64,000 nucleotides of DNA from Candidatus Obscuribacteraceae bacterium (GTDB lineage Bacteria; Cyanobacteriota; Vampirovibrionia; Obscuribacterales; Obscuribacteraceae). Both the position numbers and the translations under genes were made by a program. The number at the start of each line of letters is the position of its first letter. Within the stretch, counting starts at the first letter, position 1. The notes beneath the pieces are model-generated. The model saw nothing but the letters and a program-made list of their open reading frames with translations. It did no database searches and had not been told where the DNA came from. Location of the stretch: contig JBGAHS010000006.1 in the NCBI GenBank assembly GCA_044226015.1, positions 384,001 to 448,000 of the forward strand. Direction: 5' to 3'. This document shows positions 51,055-61,692 of the stretch, one piece after another.

Positions 51055-52698
51055 ATGCAAACTCAAGAACAGTCTAAAAAGAAAAAGAAATCAATTCTGT
51101 TATTGTTTGCGTTCGGTGTATTCGCATTTGGGGTGGTTTTCATTATTGGCTCGATAATCTTTCTCGCACCAATATTGGGTCCGACTGTATTTCCAACTGA
51201 TTACATGCGCAGTATGAACAAGGGACTTCAAATGTGGTCAGACAACAGGGAAGAAGCAGAAGAGACGATTCGCGAAGCGATAGCACTTGCAAAAGAAAAG
51301 AAAGCACCTATCTCCGAACAAATGCAGATGAGGCGAGACTATGCTCGATGCCTCTATAACAGTGGAGAGGGAGAAGATGGCGACAAACAGCTTGAAGAAG
51401 CCATAGCAATCTGTCCGCAACCTCCGGCAAAAAATTCGAAGGAAGCAGACGTTCTCACCCACGCTTACCAGGACATCGGAAACGATAAATTTTATAGACA
51501 CATGGAAGATCCATCGCTGCCTATTGGTATAGAGGAGCAAGAAAAATCGTTCAATATAGCCAGAGAAGCATTTGGACCTGACCACGAGCAAACCATTTAC
51601 AAAGAAGCTCTTTTGCCGGTTATGTATATAGAGTCAGGTGATAAGGCTAAAGCTCACAAAATTATGCTGGAGTGCCAGAATGCTGTCACAAAGCCTTCAG
51701 CTAAAGAATGTACATGGTACGTGTTTGCTTATGATGCACGTTTGGCCGAAATGGAACATGATTACAAACGTGCAGTTGAATCCTTCAAACACGCTATTTC
51801 AGTTAGCTCTGGCGATGACCAAACAAACCGCATTTGGTCGGAATTAAATTTGGGTGTGTCAAAGCCAACAATAGAGGATCATGAGTTCGACACCGTGCGC
51901 GAAATGCTGCAGAAAAAGCAGTATGACAAACTGGACGATTGGTATTCTCAGCTAGAGAAAAGCCAGAAGCAACAGGCGGACGGATCGTGGAAAACAAACG
52001 CTTTTCTCACAAAGCTACTTGATGATGAAGCAATTTCTGATTCGGATTTTCAGCAACGAATTTTCGAAGCAAAGACCTGGTTAAAGACCAAACCAAAATC
52101 TGTAACTGCTCGCATTTTGCTGGCGAAACTTTATATAGATTATGGCTGGTTTGCTAGAGGACATGAATATGGAGATCAAGTAAGCAAACAAGGCTGGAGC
52201 AACTTCGATAAACGTATATCTCAGGGAAAAGAGACTTTAGATGCGGACAAGGAAATAAAAAACAACTCGGCCCGAGCGTATTCGCTTTATTCACAGATTG
52301 CTCTGGCCCAGGGCATGCCGAAAAACGAATTTTTATCATTGGTAGAAGAGTGCCATAAGAAATATCCAAAGTATTTGCCGATTGACCAATCTGCTACTAA
52401 CTTCTTGCTGGAGCGATGGTATGGAAAACGTTTGGAAACGGAAGAGTTCATAGAGAAAAGAGCCAATCAAATTGGTGGAAACGAAGGCGATAAAGCATAT
52501 GCGCAGCTGGTCTGGTCAGAACGTCCGTACCTGGAAAATCTATTTGCAGCACAATCACCTATTCAATGGAGCCGAGTAAAGAAGGGCTTCAAACAAATCT
52601 TCCGGGAGTTTCCTCAGGATCAAAACGCGAAATCAACTTACTTCTCTTTGTGTCAGCAAGCCAACGACCCAGAGGCAGTAGCCCTTGCATTCAACTAG
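51055..52698 (+). CDS. Membrane-anchored TPR / DUF4034-like protein
   Basis: N-terminal TM, TPR helices, GWFARG and LLERWYG motifs. Confidence 0.65.
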   Translation: MQTQEQSKKKKKSILLLFAFGVFAFGVVFIIGSIIFLAPILGPTVFPTDYMRSMNKGLQMWSDNREEAEETIREAIALAKEKKAPISEQMQMRRDYARCLYNSGEGEDGDKQLEEAIAICPQPPAKNSKEADVLTHAYQDIGNDKFYRHMEDPSLPIGIEEQEKSFNIAREAFGPDHEQTIYKEALLPVMYIESGDKAKAHKIMLECQNAVTKPSAKECTWYVFAYDARLAEMEHDYKRAVESFKHAISVSSGDDQTNRIWSELNLGVSKPTIEDHEFDTVREMLQKKQYDKLDDWYSQLEKSQKQQADGSWKTNAFLTKLLDDEAISDSDFQQRIFEAKTWLKTKPKSVTARILLAKLYIDYGWFARGHEYGDQVSKQGWSNFDKRISQGKETLDADKEIKNNSARAYSLYSQIALAQGMPKNEFLSLVEECHKKYPKYLPIDQSATNFLLERWYGKRLETEEFIEKRANQIGGNEGDKAYAQLVWSERPYLENLFAAQSPIQWSRVKKGFKQIFREFPQDQNAKSTYFSLCQQANDPEAVALAFN

Positions 52699-53001
52699 AG
52701 ATATACAGAATACATCTCGGATGGTCCAGAATACTTGACCCTTTCGGTCAACTGCACTGGTGAACTGCTTAGACTACAAAATAAGAAGTTTCGAAGATTC
52801 TCCCAACTCTGGCTTGAACTTTTGCAAAATCAGCCCCAAGTCGGCGTGCTGGTGGGGATTGCAATTCTCAACCGAGCTGCATCCATTACGCCTGTCAAAT
52901 AGGTCGAAATTGCTTAAGGGACCGATATTCACACGCTTTCGTAATATACTTAATAGTGTTGGCATGGCAAGTGAGTGAACAAAGGCTGACAAGAGGACTT
53001 T

Positions 53002-53460
53002 ATGAGTTTATTCGGAGCACAAAAAGTCAAAGGCACTACGCTCGAAGAAGTTGCTGGACTCGTTCAGAATTATTTCAAAGGCAGAAACCTTGATTATCAT
53101 AAGCAAGAAATTCCAGGGTCGGAAGGATGCGGCTGGTGGCTAACCGAGGGCAGCGCGAAGGTTTATATTTTCGTGCAAGATTCTTCGACAGGTCCAGTTT
53201 TGCGCATTACAAGTCCAATTGTTTATATTCCAGCAGAACGACAAGAGCAGTTCTATCGCCGACTGCTCGACCTGAACTGCAATCTCTCTAGCTGTCAGCT
53301 CGCCACATACGAGAATTATGTCCTTGTTATTTCGCAAAGGCAGACTCTCGGAATTACTCAGGAAGAAGTTGATTCAATCGTCTGGAATGTAGCATACGTT
53401 GCGGATCTATTGGACGACAAACTAGCATCAGAATTTGGAACCCAGTTATACAAAGTATGA
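53002..53460 (+). CDS. YbjN/CesT-like (T3SS-chaperone fold) protein
   Basis: GSAKVYI, FYRRLLDLN, VADLLDDKLASEFG; gagga RBS. Confidence 0.75.
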   Translation: MSLFGAQKVKGTTLEEVAGLVQNYFKGRNLDYHKQEIPGSEGCGWWLTEGSAKVYIFVQDSSTGPVLRITSPIVYIPAERQEQFYRRLLDLNCNLSSCQLATYENYVLVISQRQTLGITQEEVDSIVWNVAYVADLLDDKLASEFGTQLYKV

Positions 53461-54311
53461 AATCATCATCTAGCCCAGCAGCAGACAAGGCGCTTCTTGC
53501 AGAACAAGAAATCAAATACATATGCAATTTAGCAGAACATTGCGGTAAGCTCGCGGCAGACATGAGAGCCGGAGTCGGAGTCCGAGAAAAAACCGAGCCT
53601 CATGACCTTGTAACCGACGCTGACCTTGCAGTCTCAACCTTATTGCTGAAAGAGCTAAGCAAGAGATTTCCCAAAGACTTTTTGATTTCGGAAGAAGATG
53701 TTCCGGAAGACATAGATACACAAAATAGCCGCATCTGGTACATCGACCCAATCGACGGCACCGACAATTATGTTAATGGCGACGGACAATATGCCGTGAT
53801 GATTGGTCTCCTGCACCAGGGACAACCACACTTTGGCTGCGTCCATAGCCCTGCAAACAAAGTTACTTATTTTGGCGGACCAGCCTATGGCAGCTGGATT
53901 CGCGAACCAGGTGGAGAAGAAGAAGAATTCAAACTATCAGACTCAGGCGAAATTGAAATGCCGATTCGCTTGATGATGGGAAACAGAGACAGAAAGAATT
54001 TCCCCTGGGTAGCACAATTATCAGGAATGAAACTGGTCACCGCAGGTAGTGTCGGACTCAAAGTTGCCCGAGTAATTCGCGGTGATGCCGACCTCTTTAT
54101 TCACCTCTCTGGAAAACTAAAATACTGGGACACAGTAGGTCCGATAGCCATAGCTTTAGCTGCAGGATTAGAAGCAGGAACATTGCAAGAAGACGAAATT
54201 CCTTATCCACTAGCTGATGTTAAACATCCACAAACAATAATTATTGGACGCAGAGGCTCGCTCAAATGGGCAAGAAACACCATTGCAAATAGATTGTTCA
54301 ACGAACAATAA
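53457..54311 (+). CDS. CysQ / inositol monophosphatase family
   Basis: VTDAD, SEE, IDPIDGT, GSVGLK, WD. Confidence 0.9.
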   Translation: MKSSSSPAADKALLAEQEIKYICNLAEHCGKLAADMRAGVGVREKTEPHDLVTDADLAVSTLLLKELSKRFPKDFLISEEDVPEDIDTQNSRIWYIDPIDGTDNYVNGDGQYAVMIGLLHQGQPHFGCVHSPANKVTYFGGPAYGSWIREPGGEEEEFKLSDSGEIEMPIRLMMGNRDRKNFPWVAQLSGMKLVTAGSVGLKVARVIRGDADLFIHLSGKLKYWDTVGPIAIALAAGLEAGTLQEDEIPYPLADVKHPQTIIIGRRGSLKWARNTIANRLFNEQ

Positions 54312-54389
54312 GCAGTAGTTCAATACTCGCATCATTTGCGCTCGCTGACTGTGCGAACTAAAAAAGAGCATTCCCAATACGGAAATCCT

Positions 54390-55580
54390 ATGACGATAAT
54401 TGCAAACAAAAAAGACTTTGATGAGCTTTGCAAAAAAATTGACGATAACGGACGCTTTTCGATTGACCTGGAGTTTATTCCAGAACGAACTTATGAACCA
54501 GAAATTTGCCTTGTTCAAGTAGCGACAGACGAAGAGGCATACATAATTGACCCTTACGAGGTCGAAGACCTTATGCCCATCTGGGAGCGAGTCGCATCGC
54601 CTGATTTGCTAAAAGTGGTGCATGCTGGTGATCAGGATATGGACTTGATGCATCTCGGCAGCGGTCTTATTCCGTCAAATGTAATGGACACGCAGATTGC
54701 TGCAGGCTTTATTGGTTTTGGCTATCCGATAGGCTACGGCAAACTATTAAGTCAGATTCTAAATATCAATCTTTCGAAATCAGAAAGCTTTACTGACTGG
54801 ACAAACCGTCCCCTAACTCCATCACAAATCAGTTATGCACTTGATGATGTCAGACATCTACTCCGCCTGCATGACAGCCTTGTCGAAGAACTGGATTCCA
54901 GACAAAGACTCAGCTGGGTTATAGACGAGTGCAAACGCTACTGTGATATTTCCTATTATGAGCGTGATAGGGCCCGAGATTTTATGCGTGTGAAAGGAGC
55001 AAGCTCTTTGCCTCGAAAGGGTTTAGCCGTCTTGCGCGAACTCTCTACTTGGCGCCACTCGGAAGCTTCGAGGCAAAACCGCCCGCTGAAATCCATTCTG
55101 GCTGACAACGTAATATACGAGTTCGCCAGGCATCCCCCAAAGAATCAAAACGAGATTCAACGAATCAGAGGAATTCGCTCAGATCAAGTAAAGCAATACA
55201 GTGCCGGAATTCTGAAGGCTGTTGAGACGGCTTTGAAACTGCCAGAATCAGAATGGCCAGTTTGGCCGTCAAGCCGAATTCCGAGTAAGCGAGAAGTACT
55301 GATTTCAGACTTTCTTTTCACAATTCTGAAAGTTCTGACTTTCGACCTTGACGTCGCAGCAGAGCTAGTGACAACACGTTCCACGCTGGAAGCACTGGTG
55401 AGAGTTCAACTTGAAGGAAGTCTCCAGCCAGAAAAATTCCCTCTGCTTCAGGGCTGGCGGCACGAGCTTGTAGGGGCAACCATTATGGAAGTTTTGAACG
55501 GCAGCGCCTGCAAAATGCAATTAATGTCAAAGTCTCACCCTATTCGCCTCGAAGTCAACGGAAAACGAATAGAACATTAA
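54390..55580 (+). CDS. rnd: Ribonuclease D
   Basis: DLEF..RTY, DTQIAA, TDWTNRPL, YALDDV, HRDC domain, GWR. Confidence 0.93.
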   Translation: MTIIANKKDFDELCKKIDDNGRFSIDLEFIPERTYEPEICLVQVATDEEAYIIDPYEVEDLMPIWERVASPDLLKVVHAGDQDMDLMHLGSGLIPSNVMDTQIAAGFIGFGYPIGYGKLLSQILNINLSKSESFTDWTNRPLTPSQISYALDDVRHLLRLHDSLVEELDSRQRLSWVIDECKRYCDISYYERDRARDFMRVKGASSLPRKGLAVLRELSTWRHSEASRQNRPLKSILADNVIYEFARHPPKNQNEIQRIRGIRSDQVKQYSAGILKAVETALKLPESEWPVWPSSRIPSKREVLISDFLFTILKVLTFDLDVAAELVTTRSTLEALVRVQLEGSLQPEKFPLLQGWRHELVGATIMEVLNGSACKMQLMSKSHPIRLEVNGKRIEH

Positions 55581-55643
55581 GCCGCGTACATTCAAGCTTG
55601 AACAAGGTAAAATTGCTGTTTGCTAATCATTGGAGGAAGCAGC

Positions 55644-57092
55644 ATGACCGCCACAACAGCTAAGGTCGGTTTGATTGGACTTGGTGTCATGGGAGAGAAC
55701 CTTGCCCTCAACATAGAGCGGAATGGTTTTCCGATTGCAGTTTACAATCGCAGCCACGACAAAGTCGATGCGTTTATGAACGGCAAGGCTAAAGGTAAGA
55801 ATGTAATTGGTTGCAAGGACGAAAAGTCTTTCATTGCTTGCCTGGAAAAACCACGCAAAATTATTTTGTTGGTCAAAGCTGGACAACCTGTTGATTCGAC
55901 TATCGACGGTATTCGCCCATTCCTCGAGAGAGGCGACATAATTATCGATGGAGGCAACTCCTACTACGAAGACACACGTCGCCGTGAAAAAGCGCTGGCG
56001 GCTGAAGGTCTATTCCTGATCGGCTCTGGTGTATCAGGCGGTGAAGAAGGCGCACTATGGGGTCCGTCCTTGATGCCTGGCGGCGATAAGAATGCCTACG
56101 AAGAAATTCGTCCAATCTGGGAAGCAGCGTCAGCTAAAGCAGATGGCGAGCCATGCGTCACTTATCTGGGACCAGACGGAGCAGGTCACTTCGTTAAGAT
56201 GGTACACAATGGTATCGAATATGGTGACATGCAGCTAATCGCTGAAGTTTACGATATTCTCCGCAAGGTGTTCAACATGACACCTCGAGAAATGAGTGAA
56301 GTCTTCCACAAATGGAACAAGGGCTTGCTCAACTCCTACCTGATCGAAATCACTGCCGAGATTCTTACAGTAGAAGACCCTGAAACTAAAAAGCCGTTAG
56401 TCGACCTTATTCTCGACAAAGCCGGACAGAAGGGCACAGGTAAATGGACTGCAGAATGTGCGCAAGAAATGGGAATTCCTATTCCGACAATCGATGCAGC
56501 ATTGACAGGTCGTTTGCTGTCTTCAATGAAAGAAGAGCGCGTACTGGCATCGAAACATCTGCCAGGTCCTAGTGAAAAGGTAAACGTCGACAAAGAAGCA
56601 ATGCTAGTTGCCCTTGCTGATGCTTTGTTTGCAAGCAAAATTTGCTCGTATGCTCAGGGACTGTCGCTCATTAGAGCAGCTTCAAATGAGTACAAGTGGG
56701 ACATTGACCTGGCTGAAACGGCTCGCATCTGGAAGGGTGGTTGCATCATTCGTGCAGGCATGTTGAAAGACATTTCACAAGCATTCAAAGAACAACCAGA
56801 CCTGCGCAACCTTCTTCTGTACCCAACCTTCATGCAATGGATGGAAAAGGCACAGACGAATTGGAGAAAGGTTGTTGCAACCGCTGTACAAGCCGGTGTT
56901 CCGATACCAGCTATGAGCGCGAGCCTCGCTTACTTCGATGCTTACCGCAGTGCAAACCTGCCCCAAAACCTCACGCAGGCTCAGCGTGATTACTTCGGCG
57001 CTCACACCTACGCAAGAGTGGATAAGCCAGAAGTCGGCATGGTACACACCGAGTGGAAAGAACTCATCAAAGAAACAGCTGACGCGAAATAA
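55644..57092 (+). CDS. gnd: 6-phosphogluconate dehydrogenase, NADP-dependent
   Basis: GLGVMG, DGGN, GVSGGEEGA, KMVHNGIEYGDMQ, QAQRDYFGAHTY. Confidence 0.98.
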   Translation: MTATTAKVGLIGLGVMGENLALNIERNGFPIAVYNRSHDKVDAFMNGKAKGKNVIGCKDEKSFIACLEKPRKIILLVKAGQPVDSTIDGIRPFLERGDIIIDGGNSYYEDTRRREKALAAEGLFLIGSGVSGGEEGALWGPSLMPGGDKNAYEEIRPIWEAASAKADGEPCVTYLGPDGAGHFVKMVHNGIEYGDMQLIAEVYDILRKVFNMTPREMSEVFHKWNKGLLNSYLIEITAEILTVEDPETKKPLVDLILDKAGQKGTGKWTAECAQEMGIPIPTIDAALTGRLLSSMKEERVLASKHLPGPSEKVNVDKEAMLVALADALFASKICSYAQGLSLIRAASNEYKWDIDLAETARIWKGGCIIRAGMLKDISQAFKEQPDLRNLLLYPTFMQWMEKAQTNWRKVVATAVQAGVPIPAMSASLAYFDAYRSANLPQNLTQAQRDYFGAHTYARVDKPEVGMVHTEWKELIKETADAK

Positions 57093-57115
57093 CCGCGAAT
57101 CAGAATTAATTCAAG

Positions 57116-57148
57116 ACGGGTGGTGCAATAGCATCACCCGTTTTGTTT
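57116..57148 (+). terminator. Intrinsic terminator after gnd
   Basis: acgggtggtgc-aata-gcatcacccgt followed by tttgttt. Confidence 0.8.
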
Positions 57149-57261
57149 ATCCAAAAGCAGCGGGCAGTCAACAGTCTGCGATGAATAGCATCTTGTGCAA
57201 GCAGTTGCATGAATACCTGTAGGATCCCGCTATTGTTATACAAAGTAAGTGTGTATCCCCA

Positions 57262-58098
57262 TTAGGATTTGCTGCTCGTTAGCTCAGCGGCATCCTTCAC
57301 CATGATGGGAACGGCGAAATCTACAAGGTCGCTTGCAGAAAACAAATAGCATGTAGCTTTCCCTACCTTGCCACTAGATATGATGCGCGACTCGGCAATA
57401 TACTTCCTGAGAATAATTGCAAAATACTCGTCTGGCCAGTCACATATTCCTGTTGAACTGTTGAATTCCTCGACCTCAACCCATTGCTTCTCGCCATCAA
57501 TCATTAATGGAACTCTTATATGCACAAGCTTCTTATTCTCGATGGGGGCAATTGCCTCGGCATAATGCAGTAAGGTAACAGCGTCAAGGTCTGAACCAAG
57601 CAAAAGCACCTTTCCCTGATGATTACACAGACGCTCTAAGGGTGAGCCTTTACCCAAACCGTAATTTAGCGAATGCTCCTTCAGCAGTTTATCCGACAAC
57701 GGACCAATGGCTCCCATTCTACAACCAGGGTTAGCAGTGACCTCGACTCCAGGGCTTGTGCGAAAGAACTCAGCCAGAGCACCAAAGTCTCGACTAGCTC
57801 TTGCAGTAGTCGGGTCAAAGGCAGGACAATTCTGAACAATAAACTCTTCTTGCTCGGAAGTAAAAATACCTCTCCCGACATCATCAAATGGCATCTGGCA
57901 GCCGAGATACATCATCATTGTTCCGCCCGGTCCGATTGATTCAAGCAGGGCAGAAATCAATTCATCAGGTCCACCCAGAACCTCGCCGACGGCACGAAGT
58001 GAAGCATGAACCATAAGAAGGTCACCAGACTTCAATCCTAAGTTTCTCAAGGCTGAAATAAGATCGCTCTTCGACAGCCATTTCTTTTCGTGATACAC
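57262..58098 (-). CDS. Aminoglycoside 3-N-acetyltransferase family (Antibiotic_NAT)
   Basis: MVHASL, GG, GALAEFFR, GSPL, GKVLLLG, TLLHYAE. Confidence 0.9.
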   Translation of the reverse strand: MYHEKKWLSKSDLISALRNLGLKSGDLLMVHASLRAVGEVLGGPDELISALLESIGPGGTMMMYLGCQMPFDDVGRGIFTSEQEEFIVQNCPAFDPTTARASRDFGALAEFFRTSPGVEVTANPGCRMGAIGPLSDKLLKEHSLNYGLGKGSPLERLCNHQGKVLLLGSDLDAVTLLHYAEAIAPIENKKLVHIRVPLMIDGEKQWVEVEEFNSSTGICDWPDEYFAIILRKYIAESRIISSGKVGKATCYLFSASDLVDFAVPIMVKDAAELTSSKS

Positions 58099-58155
58099 AA
58101 GGAACTCCAGATGCGGTCATATTATCCGCAACTGACGAAGTCAAATCAAGGGAAT

Positions 58156-59406
58156 CTAACCGACACGCGAGCTGCGAGGTCTAAATCTTCTGCCCGATGA
58201 CGACACTTTGTTGAACGAAGTATTTGGCTTCTCTGGCGGAGGCGGCGTATTCGCATCTGGAACTAGCCTGTTACCAGTGAGTTTCTGAATATCTTTCAAA
58301 AGAAATTTCTGTTCTTTTGAAACAAAAGTGAATGCGACACCTTTTCGTCCAGCACGGCCAGTACGCCCAATGCGATGAACATAATCTTCCGAACAGCTAG
58401 GAAGGTCATAATTCACAACGTGACTGATAGCAGGTATATCAAGCCCACGCGCTGCCACATCGGTTGCAACCAGAACGCTGAACTTACCATCGCGGTAGCG
58501 GGCAAGCGTCTTTTCGCGTTGACTTTGGGGAATATCGCTGTGCATTTCTTCAGCCATTACATTTGCGTCTCTGAGTCTATCTTTAACCCAAGAAGCTTTT
58601 CGCCGAGTCTCAGTAAAAACAATTACGGTTTCCATGTCGCCTTGACGTAAAAGCTTTATCAGCAAATCATCTTTATCGAACTCATCAACATCGAACAATT
58701 GTTGTTCGATAGCGTCTGGCTCAACCTGGTTGCTGTTTGCACGCACGATCATAGGACTGCTCAAAAATTCTGCTGCGATAGATTCGATGCGTCCGCTAAT
58801 CGTTGCAGAGAACATGATTGTCTGACGAGACGCTTTAGGTATTTGTGAAACGATTCTGCGTACTTGTGGCATGAAACCCATGTCCATAAGCCTATCAGCC
58901 TCGTCTAAAACGAGTTTTTGAATGGAAGCAAGCGATACTGTTTTGCGCTCCATATGGTCGAGCAATCTACCAGGAGTAGCAACTATAACGTGCGCACCTT
59001 TCTTGATTTCCTTAAGTTGCTGAGCGAAATTAGAGCCACCATAGACAGTGACAACTCTTAACGGAAAGTTCTTAGAAAAGCGTTCAAATTCCTCAGCGAC
59101 TTGTAATGCAAGTTCTCTTGTGGGAACAAGCACCAGCGCTCTAGTTTTGATAGCACAAACAGCCTTTTGATTAGCGGTTTTCCTGGCTTGAGCTTCCATC
59201 GCTCTAGCTCTATCAATAAATTCAATTATCGGAAGCGCGAATGATGCAGTTTTTCCCGAACCTGTCTGAGCAGATGCCATAACATCATGTCCAGCTTTTA
59301 CAAGAGGTATTGCCTTACTCTGAATTTCCGTTGGGCTCTGGAAGCCGATTTCATCCAACACAGCACAAATATACTTGGGCAAGCCAAGTTCAGTAAAATT
59401 AGTCAA
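58156..59406 (-). CDS. DEAD-box RNA helicase (RhlE/DbpA-like)
   Basis: Q motif, AQTGSGKT, PTRELA, DEAD, SAT, ARGLD, HRIGRTGR. Confidence 0.96.
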   Translation of the reverse strand: MTNFTELGLPKYICAVLDEIGFQSPTEIQSKAIPLVKAGHDVMASAQTGSGKTASFALPIIEFIDRARAMEAQARKTANQKAVCAIKTRALVLVPTRELALQVAEEFERFSKNFPLRVVTVYGGSNFAQQLKEIKKGAHVIVATPGRLLDHMERKTVSLASIQKLVLDEADRLMDMGFMPQVRRIVSQIPKASRQTIMFSATISGRIESIAAEFLSSPMIVRANSNQVEPDAIEQQLFDVDEFDKDDLLIKLLRQGDMETVIVFTETRRKASWVKDRLRDANVMAEEMHSDIPQSQREKTLARYRDGKFSVLVATDVAARGLDIPAISHVVNYDLPSCSEDYVHRIGRTGRAGRKGVAFTFVSKEQKFLLKDIQKLTGNRLVPDANTPPPPEKPNTSFNKVSSSGRRFRPRSSRVG

Positions 59407-59589
59407 AATGTAGTCCTTGTTATAAGCAAAATAGGGTCTTTATCAGGTCCAACTGGACTTACGCGGCTTTGCTTTCGTTGTTCAGCAAAAAACTTCTTCT
59501 TTATCGAGCTCGTCGATGCCGTCGCCAGGAATCAGGCAAACAATGCCCCTCATGGATGTACTTTAGTATGTCATAGAACATCTGAGATG

Positions 59590-61575
59590 TCAAAAGAATT
59601 CTGCTTTGCCTACCCCATTAATACGCGTTTTCAGCAAAGTAAAAAGCTCAAAAACACCAGCTCCATAACCAACCATAGGTACTGCACCTGTAGGAGAACC
59701 AAGCGGACCACGAAAACGGTTGTTAAGGTGAGAAACATACATCTCCGGAACAAAGAAATGGTCCTCTGCTGCTTTCTTAGCAATGGATTGAACGATTTTC
59801 TCCGCTTTAGCTCGTTCACCTTGCTGTAACAGTATTTCAGCCACTAGAAAGTCAATGAACAGGAACTCCTGGCGTTCATACCAGTACTCGAAGACCTTGG
59901 GATCTGTTTCAATACTTGTAACCCTGCGATACCCGCCTGATGGCATTTTCAAAGTTTCCATATTCTCCATGGTTCTTTTGACAGTTTGCTCGTCCTCAAC
60001 AATTCCCAGGGTAATCGCAGTCAGCATTGCGCCATCGACTTCATTTTTGATGCCTGGCTCAAGCGCACCACGCAATGCATTGTCTTTGATGAAAGCAGCC
60101 ATGAAGCCTTTTTTCAGTAGATTGATTTTTTCAGCCAAGACATGTTGCAACTGAACATCGTTTTTCCGCTCAGCTAGCCTCTGAAAAGCCTGGAGACCTT
60201 TAATTGCCATTATCGTTGAGAACGCAAAATGCTTTTTGTTTTGCTGGCGCTCTTCCCAAATGGAAGTATCCGCTTTCACAATAAGCCCGCCTTCGTAAGG
60301 CTCTAAATTTGCCAACAATGGTTTGAGCACAAAGTTTTTGGCAGACTCGTAAATTGTGCCGCGATATGTTTTGTGTTCTAGCAGATCACTCTGAGGGTAT
60401 AGATTGAGGTGCTCACCCAACAACCAGAGTACCAGCCCCCAGTCATCCAGCTCTATATTGGTAGCACCTTCCATAGTGAAGAATGGCTCTTCTTCGCCGT
60501 TTCCAAAATACCTAACAACCGATATTTGATAAGGCAAATTACCCAATTCTTTTTGCATCTTAGAGACTGGTCGCGCGTTAAAAAGGGAATCTATTGCTCG
60601 CTCGGCTTCATCCTTGTGACCCATTCTGGAAAATGCAAGAGTTGCATAAACCATATCTCGCACCCAGGGAACAAACCAGGCACCATCAGGCAAACTAGCC
60701 AAAATTAAACCATTTCCGTATCGTCCAGAAACATTCGGTTCTCTCGATTGAGCCATTCGCAAGACAGCTTCACTCTGACGCCATAGTTTTGACTCATTTT
60801 CGGACAATTCGCCGGGCTCTTTTACACGCCACTTTTCGAAGCTGACCAGCTCTCTTCTTACAAGCTCATCGTAGTCTCGTGCAGAATCCCACTTGTCAAA
60901 TTTGGAAACAACACTTTCTACTTGCCTTTCAGAATCAACTGTTGCAATTGCCCATCCATCAAAGTTTTTTAGACGAGAAAATTTTTCGCCGTTTTGATAG
61001 TCACTGGTTCGAATATTTGGTTTGCCGCTGAGCCTAAGTGGAATGAGAAGCACCGTCTCTTTGAGCCCGGCAAACTTCATCACGATGAAAGATCTTCTAG
61101 CAAAGTTTCCTAGCTTATGTGTGATAACTTTGTGAGACCAATTTATATTTAATTGAGAACCTGCATTTGCCTGATTTTTCTTTGAGAGTATAAGTACATT
61201 GAAAGGCAAATCAAAAGGCATAAAACATGACTCTTCCTGCGTTTCAGAAGCCTTCAGCCGAATAATGTTCGATTGCTTGATATATTCGACCTCGGGCACA
61301 CCTTTGTGATACCACTCTATAGAGTTGACTAGATTTGATGTTTCAATGCCCTCAGAAAGCGGGTTTCTAATGTCCGACTTCTCGAACTTGTAGGGGTGCG
61401 TATAGAATTTTGTTAGTACACCATCTTCCGCAGAAAGCACAGCAAAACCAAACCCATTTCCTGTCACAAGTGGCGTTGGAATCATCTTCTCATCGCTATG
61501 AGCATACGATGGCGACATGATGACAGTTTGCACAAGAAGACAAAAGAGAGCAGCGAATACTTTAGATGATTTCAC
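59590..61575 (-). CDS. Exported GH15-like (alpha/alpha)6 glycoside hydrolase
   Basis: Signal peptide, WVRD, ELDD, DTSIWEE, PE motifs. Confidence 0.75.
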   Translation of the reverse strand: MKSSKVFAALFCLLVQTVIMSPSYAHSDEKMIPTPLVTGNGFGFAVLSAEDGVLTKFYTHPYKFEKSDIRNPLSEGIETSNLVNSIEWYHKGVPEVEYIKQSNIIRLKASETQEESCFMPFDLPFNVLILSKKNQANAGSQLNINWSHKVITHKLGNFARRSFIVMKFAGLKETVLLIPLRLSGKPNIRTSDYQNGEKFSRLKNFDGWAIATVDSERQVESVVSKFDKWDSARDYDELVRRELVSFEKWRVKEPGELSENESKLWRQSEAVLRMAQSREPNVSGRYGNGLILASLPDGAWFVPWVRDMVYATLAFSRMGHKDEAERAIDSLFNARPVSKMQKELGNLPYQISVVRYFGNGEEEPFFTMEGATNIELDDWGLVLWLLGEHLNLYPQSDLLEHKTYRGTIYESAKNFVLKPLLANLEPYEGGLIVKADTSIWEERQQNKKHFAFSTIMAIKGLQAFQRLAERKNDVQLQHVLAEKINLLKKGFMAAFIKDNALRGALEPGIKNEVDGAMLTAITLGIVEDEQTVKRTMENMETLKMPSGGYRRVTSIETDPKVFEYWYERQEFLFIDFLVAEILLQQGERAKAEKIVQSIAKKAAEDHFFVPEMYVSHLNNRFRGPLGSPTGAVPMVGYGAGVFELFTLLKTRINGVGKAEFF

Positions 61576-61606
61576 TATTTACACCGTTGAAATTCGCTAA
61601 AGATAG

Positions 61607-61635
61607 CACGGGACAGACGCTGTGTCTGCCCCGTG
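61607..61635. terminator. Hairpin, probable terminator
   Basis: cacgggacagac-gctgt-gtctgccccgtg. Confidence 0.5.
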
Positions 61636-61692
61636 TTTCAATTTAGCGTAGGTTGGTTGGTCCTTCAAGTACCTCGGCACTACAAAGACATG

